A DNA stretch of 64,000 nt from an uncultured Verrucomicrobiae bacterium (GTDB taxonomy: Bacteria; Verrucomicrobiota; Verrucomicrobiia; Chthoniobacterales; Chthoniobacteraceae): assembly GCA_963769025.1 (NCBI GenBank), contig CAVYKI010000004.1, forward strand, positions 64,001-128,000. The letters are read 5' to 3'. The stretch's first letter is position 1. Each line of letters begins with the position of its first letter. The position numbers and the translations under genes are program-made. This document shows, piece by piece, positions 43,027 to 51,621 of the stretch. The notes below the pieces were generated by a model. It did no database searches and was not told where the DNA came from. It worked only from the letters and a program-made list of their open reading frames with translations.

Positions 43027-43180
43027 AGGGCTGGATGCTTCATCCATACTCCCGATATTCTCAAGTATTATCTTGCTAGCGTCAGATTGCGGCACGTCTG
43101 GTGGCTTGGTGTGCGCGGACGGCGGAGCGGGCTTCCTGCCCGCGGGACAAGTGCCTTCCCGGATGTGGATCACGATTCCT

Positions 43181-43208
43181 TTGCAAAAACCTCCGCCAGC
43201 GCTATCGT
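43181..43208 (+). promoter_or_regulatory. Putative sigma70 promoter of the L,D-transpeptidase gene
   Basis: TTGCAA-N16-TATCGT, 11 nt before ATG 43220. Confidence 0.35.
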
Positions 43209-43219
43209 CCCCAGCCTCT

Positions 43220-43792
43220 ATGGAAAAACGAAACTTCAGCAGCCTGATTCTTGCCCTCGTTGCAATCGGCGTGCTCGCTGGGTGCGCAACAAAACCGCCG
43301 CCGCCGCCGCCCACGCCAACCCCTGCCAAACCCGCTCCGCCCTATACCTGGAATGACACCGGCGCCACCGGCGACCCGAGGATCGTGGTGAACGTCTCGA
43401 GGCAGCGAGCTTACTTCTTCCGCGGGAACGAATGTGTTGGCGACACGCGGTGCAGCACGGGCAAGAAGGGTTTTGCAACGAAGCTCGGTGCTTATGCCGT
43501 GACGCAAAAGAACAAGGACCATGTCTCAAATCTATACGGCAACTTTGTCAACGAAGCGGGAGAGGTCATCCAGCGCGACGTGGACATGAGCAAGATGCAG
43601 GTTCCGGAAGGCTGTTCGTTCCAAGGTGCGAAGATGCCATACTTCATGCGCTTCACAGGCGGATACGGGCTGCATGCCGGAAAAGTGCCGAACTACCCTG
43701 CGTCGCACGGTTGCGTGCGGCTCCCGCGGGTGATGGCGGAGCGCTTCTTCGTGAATAGCAGGATCGGCACGCCAGTCCTGGTTGAAGAATAG
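43220..43792 (+). CDS. L,D-transpeptidase (YkuD) lipoprotein
   Basis: Lipobox 'LAGC', 'MPYFMRF', 'GLHAG.VP.YPASHGCVRLP'. Confidence 0.92.
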   Translation: MEKRNFSSLILALVAIGVLAGCATKPPPPPPTPTPAKPAPPYTWNDTGATGDPRIVVNVSRQRAYFFRGNECVGDTRCSTGKKGFATKLGAYAVTQKNKDHVSNLYGNFVNEAGEVIQRDVDMSKMQVPEGCSFQGAKMPYFMRFTGGYGLHAGKVPNYPASHGCVRLPRVMAERFFVNSRIGTPVLVEE

Positions 43793-44193
43793 GCGGCGCT
43801 GGGGGCGGAGTGCCACGTCCTCGCGCCGTGCCGGCTTGGACGGACGCCGCGAGCGGGTGAAGGCCGACGGGCGCGATGCGGCGGGGCTGTGCCAGCGGCT
43901 GTCGCGCTTTGTGAACGGCAACCGCAGGGAACTGGCTGTCATCAGCGTGGAACGTGGCGCGAATCCGCAGCCTGACCGGCACTCGGTCCGCACGAAGTGC
44001 GACGCCATATTCGAGCGGAGCGAGAAAGACTGGCCGCAGGCCAGCCCGGAGGGTGACGCCGGGAGGCGTCATCAAATTGGACCGCGCCCCGTTCCGCTTC
44101 ACCCGCCGCATCCGTCATACGGTGCTGTCCGCCCTGCGGCCAGGCTCAACTCAGTTCACCAAACTTCCATCTTCACCACTTTCATAGGGGGTG
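43793..44193 (+). pseudogene. Degenerate IS110-family remnant (transposase fragment plus structured non-coding tail)
   Basis: 'ALGAECHVLAP' then frameshift to 'RERVKADGRDAAGLCQRLSRFVNGN..ELAVISV' (KxDxxDA motif); ends at the trailer of the adjacent cassette. Confidence 0.6.
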
Positions 44194-44203
44194 GGCGTTG
44201 CGG

Positions 44204-44731
44204 TCATTCGGGATTAAGTGCTGCGATAGCTGCCTCATGCAGCCACGCGCGCTGATAATGCTCGGCGTAGTAAGCGGAAATATTGTCGTCGCCGCGATTG
44301 AGGTTGCGTCGCTGCGCCTCCTCGATGTCGCAGGTGATGCCCTGCATCTCGACGCCGTTGCCGATAGCGCGCATGGCGTCGATGAGTGCCTTGGTGGGCT
44401 CGAAGTCAGAGCCGATAAGCTCGGTGACGATGTGCCGTCGCTCGTCGATGGCCTGGCTCGCGATGATCGGTCCGATAACGTCGAGAAACTCTGCGAAAGG
44501 GCCGGGAAAGTCGAAATACTCGCCACGGCTGAGACTGAGAAACACCTCGGCGGCGTCCACGAGAACATAGCCGGACGAAAAGCGTTGCTTGCGGACGGTG
44601 GTCTTGCCGGCGGCGGGGCCGCCCATGAGGATGACAATGCGCGGCTGAGTGCCGTTCGAGAGTGATGAGTCGTCGAAGTAACGGTCAATCTCGGCACTGA
44701 TGTCGAACTGGAAGACGCGTTCTTCTGGCAT
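44204..44731 (-). CDS. Gene cassette: P-loop kinase-like protein (zeta-toxin/AAA_33-like)
   Basis: 'PRIVILMGGPAAGKTT', 'VLVDA.E', 'EEAQRRNLNR'; preceded by core GTTAGCC. Confidence 0.7.
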   Translation of the reverse strand: MPEERVFQFDISAEIDRYFDDSSLSNGTQPRIVILMGGPAAGKTTVRKQRFSSGYVLVDAAEVFLSLSRGEYFDFPGPFAEFLDVIGPIIASQAIDERRHIVTELIGSDFEPTKALIDAMRAIGNGVEMQGITCDIEEAQRRNLNRGDDNISAYYAEHYQRAWLHEAAIAALNPE

Positions 44732-44754
44732 GGCTTTCAGGATGCGCGAGCAAC

Positions 44755-44796
44755 GGCTAACGCACCCAAGCTCAGCGACCACGGAGCGGTTCGCTG
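44755..44796 (-). other. attC site, distal half (end of L'', central stem, L', R')
   Basis: Minus strand CAG-C-GAACCGCTCCGTGGTC-GCTGAGC-TTGGGTGC-GTTAGCC. Confidence 0.85.
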
Positions 44797-44865
44797 AGTC
44801 GCCGTTAATCGTGGGGTGAACATTGCTGCGGAGCGTATCGCTTCGCAGTGCGAAGATCAAATCCC

Positions 44866-46040
44866 ATGAAGACGAAACTCCAACCCAAACCACCAACCAA
44901 GAACCCGAAGTATTCCGTCTATGCCGCCCTCGATTTGCACAGCGCCCGCAGCGTGCTCGGCGGCATGGACCATGACGGGAACGAACTCGGCCAGTCCCGG
45001 TTCCCGACCGATGCCGAACATCTCACGCAGGCCGTGCGCTCCCTGGGCGGCACCGGCGTGTGCCTGACCATGGAGGCCAGCTCGCTGACCCGCTGGGCCG
45101 CGGGGCTGGTGCGGCCACTCGTCGAGCGGCTCGTCATCTGCGAGCCGCGGCGCAACCGGCTCATCGCCGAGGACCCGAACAAGAATGACGGGCAGGACGT
45201 CACCAACCTGTGCTTGCTTCTGCGCATCAACCGGCTCAAGGAAGTCTGGATGGGCGACGACCGCCAGCGCCAGATCCACCGCGAACTGGTCTATGAACTC
45301 CTGAACTGGCGCGACGCCCAGCGCGAACTCAAGGCGCTGCATCAAAGCCCGCTACCGGCAGTGGGGCGTGCTGCGCGTGGAGGGCACCGGCGTCTTTTCG
45401 CGCACGCAACGCGAGCGTTATCTCAGCCAGCTCCCCGGCGAGGAGGAAAGGAGGATGCTGCTGCGCGTCTATGCCCAGCACGACCACGCCATCGACCAAT
45501 GGAAGAACACCCTGCGCGAAGTGCTGCCGCGTGGGCCGCCAGTTCTGGGAGGTGGGCGAGTTCAAAAAGATCCCCGGCATCGGCATCATCGGCGCCCACG
45601 TCTTCAGCGCCATCATCGAGGACCCGGCCCGCTTTGCCACCCGGCAGAAGCTCATGAAGTATGCGCGGCTGGCGATCACCGGTCGCAGCAGCGACGGCAA
45701 GCCGCTGGGCTACGAACGGCTCGAACGGCGCGGCCACCGCGAACTCAAGACGCTGAGCTATCACGCCTGGCGCACCGCCTGCCGCAGCACCACGCGCGAC
45801 AACGCCGTGCAGCGCTTCTACCGCGCCAGCCTCGAGCGCACCCACGACGTGCGCCACGCCCGGCTCAACACCCAGCGCAAGATCCTCGCCGCCATGTGGC
45901 GCATGTGGCTCAAACGCGAGGCATGGAAGCCCGAACTCTTTTTCACAGCCACCGACCCGGACGCGACCGCGACCGGGCGAAGCCAGCCTGAGAACGCCGG
46001 CCCGCGTAAAGAGGCACCGCCTCACGCGGCTCAGGGTTGA
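44866..46040 (+). CDS. IS110 DEDD recombinase/transposase, two frameshifts (~45340, ~45525)
   Basis: 'AALDLH', 'MEAS', 'KNDGQD', 'IPGIG', 'RF.TRQKL..YA.L', serine loop 'SSDGK', 'RRGHRELK'. Confidence 0.9.
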
Positions 46041-46044
46041 CGAC

Positions 46045-46320
46045 CCCGGCGTCCGCAGCGCAGCGGACTGGGAAAACGCCGGCCGCACACACCCGGCCAT
46101 GCGCTTGGGCGGTCTCGATTCAAGGGGGGAACTGCCCCCGCGGGCCCAGCCCCGATTCGCATGAATGGTGCGGCCGGCGACATTTCCGCCAGTTCCCCAA
46201 GGATGACCCTGGGCGGCCAAGTCAGCAAGTCAGCAAGCTAATAAGCTGACGAGTTAGCAAGTGAGCACAAAGGCCAGCTTCCAAAGCCTGCATGGAACCC
46301 CGACACGTCATCGCAGTCCG
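46045..46320 (+). ncRNA. Candidate bridge/seekRNA of the IS110 element; ends approximate
   Basis: Perfect 12-bp stem 46077-88/46168-79 enclosing an internal loop with CCATGCGCT (46097-105), the reverse complement of target 46481-89; AAAGCCTG (46283-90) identical to IS right end plus core. Confidence 0.65.
46219..46266 (+). repeat. Six degenerate tandem 8-mers in the IS right end
   Basis: aagtcagc aagtcagc aagctaat aagctgac gagttagc aagtgagc. Confidence 0.75.
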
Positions 46321-46476
46321 CCGTCCCGCCGCAGACGCCCGTCCCGCCAGCACCCCAAAGGCACTCCGCCCATCACATCGCCCGGACTCCGGACGACAAA
46401 CCCCGATAGTCATCAAAGAAAAATGACGCCACTAACGGGGCGCGTCCCCCCATGCTTTTATGACTTGATTAAAAGC

Positions 46477-46495
46477 CTGCAGCGCATGGTTCGGC
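46477..46495 (-). other. attC site, proximal half (R'', spacer, L'')
   Basis: Minus strand GCCGAAC-CATGC-GCTGCAG, 34 nt after the SnoaL cassette stop. Confidence 0.85.
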
Positions 46496-46529
46496 GTTGC
46501 GGTCACTTGGGATTTTTGCGTCGCGTCGC

Positions 46530-46856
46530 TCACGGAACAATGCGCAATCTCGCGATTTTGCCGTCTCGAAGTGTGAAGGTGTAGTGAAGCGGAATCGGAC
46601 TTCCGGGAAAATTGCCGCTGACGGTGGCGGTAACGACCGTATCGTTACCCGCATGTGACAGGTCGGTTACTTTGGCAATTGGTTTGGCTTCCGCAGTGGC
46701 GCGTTCAATCCATTCTTTGATGGCGGTGCCGCGATGATCCTTTGATTCATCGGTGACGTGGGCATCGGCGGTGAACAGCGAGAGGAAATCTGCAAACTCT
46801 CGTGTGTTGGTGGCGTGGAAGAAGGCAGCGATAACCGGTGGGAGTAATACGTTCAT
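46530..46856 (-). CDS. Gene cassette: SnoaL/NTF2-like protein
   Basis: 'F..DA.V.DE', 'VSGNFPGSP..L.Y.F.L.DGKI..L.I'; flanked by GTTAGGC core and attC. Confidence 0.85.
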   Translation of the reverse strand: MNVLLPPVIAAFFHATNTREFADFLSLFTADAHVTDESKDHRGTAIKEWIERATAEAKPIAKVTDLSHAGNDTVVTATVSGNFPGSPIPLHYTFTLRDGKIARLRIVP

Positions 46857-46921
46857 GGCTTTCTTGTGGATGTTAGTGTCGAGCGAATTCTTGTTCGTTC
46901 TGTGGTGGAAGCGCGAGCATC

Positions 46922-46945
46922 GCCTAACATTTTGATTGAGCCGCA
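46922..46945 (-). other. attI-like recombination site
   Basis: Minus strand GGCTCAATCAAAAT-GTTAGGC: perfect GTTRRRY core preceded by an A-rich tract, without an attC L' box. Confidence 0.55.
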
Positions 46946-47296
46946 GGGGTGCGGCATATCCACGCGATCTAAATGCGGCATTTGCGGAGTGGAGCGGGGG
47001 CGGTTTACTCGGGCAAGCGGAAGTTTTTCCGGCTGCTGGAGGCCGTCGGCGCGGGGTGGAAGGGTCGTCGCGCTCGGCTCGTTCGGTGTGCTTGTTTCGA
47101 TCGTGCAGGTTAATCCGGCCCGCACGCCCGACACCGTCCGCGAAACTGACGCGGGCTCATTGGTCGGGTTTCCGGGAGCGTGTTTGGATTGGGGTTTGCG
47201 TGATTTTCGGAACGTCTGATTCCACCGGCTCCCGGCCGGCGCATGGGCGCGCTTTTTTTACTCGCACCGGGAGGGCGAAGCGTTTCGAGTCGGAGC

Positions 47297-49303
<2,007 letters not shown>

Positions 49304-49378
49304 GTCCTTTGTGCAAAGGTGGTGCATCGGTACCACCGCTTGAGCATTTGGGAGTTCTGGACCATCGTTCGCGCCAAC

Positions 49379-50389
49379 ATGAAACGTCTCGCGCTGTACC
49401 TCCTCCTCGCAGTGGCCCTCCTCGGTGTCTCCCAAGCCGTCATCAAGCGCGACTCGATGGACGTGCTGCGCGAAAGCCAGGAGGCATTTGAAAAGCGCGA
49501 CTTTGACCGCGCGGCGAAGCTCCTCACGGAGGCGATCGAGGCGAATCCCAAGCTGGTGCCCGCCTACGTGCTGCGCGGTCTCGCGAATGCCTCGCGCAAC
49601 AGGTTCGACGACGCGATCGCCGACTACTCGAAGGCCATCGAACTCGCGCCCGAGGACGAGCGCCCGCGGCTGCTGCGCGCGGCGATCCACCAGATCCGCA
49701 AGGAATACGACAAGGCGATCGCGGACCTCGATTTCGCGCTGAAGAAGGAGCCTGGAAACTCGGAGCTGCTCGCGACGCGCGGAATCTGCCGCGCGCAAAA
49801 GGACGACGACGAGGGCGCGCTGAAGGACTTCGATGCCGCGGTGAAGGCGGACCCGAAGAACGTCCATGGCTGGCAGCTCCGCGGCTCGGCCTACTCGGAG
49901 AAGGGCGAAAAGGACAAGGCGCTCAGCGATTTCAAGGAGGCCATCACGCTCGACCCGAACAACGCCGCGACCTATCTCTACCGCGCCCACCTTTACCTCG
50001 TGGAATCCGAGCCGGAATCGGCGCTCTCGGACCTCGAGGAAGTGATGCGCCGCGCGCCAGATTTCCCCGGCGCGGCCAATGACTACGCGTGGACGCTTGC
50101 GACAAACCCGAAGGACTCCGTGCGCAACGGACACAAGGCCGTGGAGTTCGCGAAGAAGGCCTGCCACGAGACGGACTACAAACACGCGCCCACCGTGGAC
50201 ACGCTGGCCGCGGCCTACGCCGAGGCGGGCGATTGGGAGCAGGCGGTGAAGTGGCAGCAGGAAGCCATCACGCTCGCTGAGAAAACGCACCCGGACGACG
50301 TGAAGGGCATGAAGGAGCGGCTCGCGCTCTTTAAGGAAAAGAAGCCCTTCCGCGAAGTGCCCGTGCGCGACAGAAAGCCGAAGCCGTAG
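49379..50389 (+). CDS. Secreted TPR-repeat protein
   Basis: Repeats 'AIADY.KAIEL.P'; 'AW.LAT.P...RNG.KA', 'DTLAAAYAE.G'. Confidence 0.9.
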   Translation: MKRLALYLLLAVALLGVSQAVIKRDSMDVLRESQEAFEKRDFDRAAKLLTEAIEANPKLVPAYVLRGLANASRNRFDDAIADYSKAIELAPEDERPRLLRAAIHQIRKEYDKAIADLDFALKKEPGNSELLATRGICRAQKDDDEGALKDFDAAVKADPKNVHGWQLRGSAYSEKGEKDKALSDFKEAITLDPNNAATYLYRAHLYLVESEPESALSDLEEVMRRAPDFPGAANDYAWTLATNPKDSVRNGHKAVEFAKKACHETDYKHAPTVDTLAAAYAEAGDWEQAVKWQQEAITLAEKTHPDDVKGMKERLALFKEKKPFREVPVRDRKPKP

Positions 50390-50409
50390 GCGGCTGGCTC
50401 GCCTTTGTT

Positions 50410-50554
50410 AAACGCAGAGACGCAGAGACGCGGAGGGAAATGCAGTCGGGATCAGAGCCGCGTTGATGAGGGGCCGCAGTGTGGCTTCCGCGGTGCGACG
50501 TCGTGCATTTTCAAAAGCTGTCTCTTACCTCTGCGTCTCCGCGTCTCTGCGTTT
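50410..50554. repeat. Inverted repeat built from ACGC(A/G)GAG units between convergent genes
   Basis: AAACGCAGAGACGCAGAGACGCGGAGG 50410-36 versus CCTCTGCGTCTCCGCGTCTCTGCGTTT 50528-54. Confidence 0.8.
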
Positions 50555-50598
50555 TCCCATGTCCATTCTTTGCGCAAGTCGGGCTGGGCAGCCCGAAG

Positions 50599-51597
50599 TC
50601 ACGCCTCCACCGGCACGAGCTTTGCGACTTCCTCCACAAGGCCCGGGACGCTGAGGTTCTCCGCGAGGCCGTCGTAGTTCAGCAGGACGCGGTGCGCGAG
50701 GACTTCGGGTGCGAAATGGCGGATGTCCTCGAACGCGACATGCGCCCGACCTTCCGCGAGCGCACGCACGCGCGCGGCGCGGATGAGCGCCTGCACGGCG
50801 CGCGGCGATGCGCCCCATTTCACGAATTTCCTCACCGTGTCGCCGCTCTCGGTCGCCTCGGGATGCGTCGCGAGGACGAGGCGCACGGCGTAGTCGCGCA
50901 ACGGATCGGCGACGACGACTTTTTCGAGCACGGTGCGGAGTTCCATGATGCGGTCGCCACTCATGATGCGCGGAACGTCCGCGTTGCCGCCGAGCGTGGT
51001 GCGGCGGACCATTTCATTCAGCTCGGCGCGGTTGAGGAAAGGGACGTTGAGCTTGAACATGAAGCGGTCGAGCTGCGCCTCGGGGAGCGGATATGTGCCT
51101 TCCTGTTCGAGCGGATTCTGTGTCGCGAGCACGAAGAACGGCGGGCGCAGCACGTGCGTCTGCCCGCTGGCGGTGACGCTTCCTTCCTGCATCGTCTCGA
51201 GCAGCGCGGATTGCGTCTTTGGCGTCGCGCGGTTGATCTCATCCGCGAGCAGGAGCTGCGTGAAAATCGGCCCGCGTCGGAACTCGAACTGGTAGCGCCC
51301 GTCCGGTCCCGCGCTCATGACCGTGGTACCGATGATGTCCGCCGGCATGAGATCGGGGGTGAACTGGATGCGGCGGAAATCGAGGTCGAGAGCGCGTGCG
51401 AGCGTCTTCACCAGCTCCGTCTTGCCGAGCCCCGGCACGCCTTCGAGCAGCACGTTGCCGCCAGCGACGATCGCGGTGAGCACGCCGTCCACGACGCGCT
51501 GCTGCCCGACGATGACGCGCCCGACGCTGTCGCGCAGCCGCTGGAAGTCATCGCGGAATCGTTGTGCTTCGGCCTGGAGTTGTGCGGTGTCGGACAT
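50599..51597 (-). CDS. moxR: MoxR AAA+ ATPase
   Basis: 'EGVPGLGKT', 'RIQFTPDLMPADI', 'DEINRATPKTQSALLE', 'YPLPEAQLDRF'. Confidence 0.95.
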   Translation of the reverse strand: MSDTAQLQAEAQRFRDDFQRLRDSVGRVIVGQQRVVDGVLTAIVAGGNVLLEGVPGLGKTELVKTLARALDLDFRRIQFTPDLMPADIIGTTVMSAGPDGRYQFEFRRGPIFTQLLLADEINRATPKTQSALLETMQEGSVTASGQTHVLRPPFFVLATQNPLEQEGTYPLPEAQLDRFMFKLNVPFLNRAELNEMVRRTTLGGNADVPRIMSGDRIMELRTVLEKVVVADPLRDYAVRLVLATHPEATESGDTVRKFVKWGASPRAVQALIRAARVRALAEGRAHVAFEDIRHFAPEVLAHRVLLNYDGLAENLSVPGLVEEVAKLVPVEA

Positions 51598-51621
51598 GGG
51601 TGTGGGTCGGTTGATTGTGGA

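Larger units (their letters stand above)
44797..46476 (+). mobile_element. IS110-family (IS1111-type) insertion sequence, 1680 bp, inserted in an attC site
   Basis: CTG core on both sides (44794-96, 46477-79); subterminal IR TTAATC 44805-10 / GATTAA 46467-72; short left end, long right non-coding end; removal restores a 58-nt attC. Confidence 0.9.

Noticed and set aside
43950..44193. Group IIC-attC intron at the truncated attC
   Set aside because: No reverse transcriptase ORF and no recognisable domain V/VI or GTGYG start; adjacent coding remnant is IS110-like
46175..46181. CGGCGAC is the reverse complement of the IS left end (44798-804), a possible donor guide
   Set aside because: It lies mostly within the 12-bp stem, so it is unlikely to be single-stranded; a 7-nt GC-rich match can be chance
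46219..46266. CRISPR-like array
   Set aside because: 8-bp units with no spacers and no cas genes
47060..47090. GTCGTCGCGCTCGGCTCGTTCGGT resembles an attC right end on the plus strand
   Set aside because: No matching R''/L'' half found; too degenerate to call
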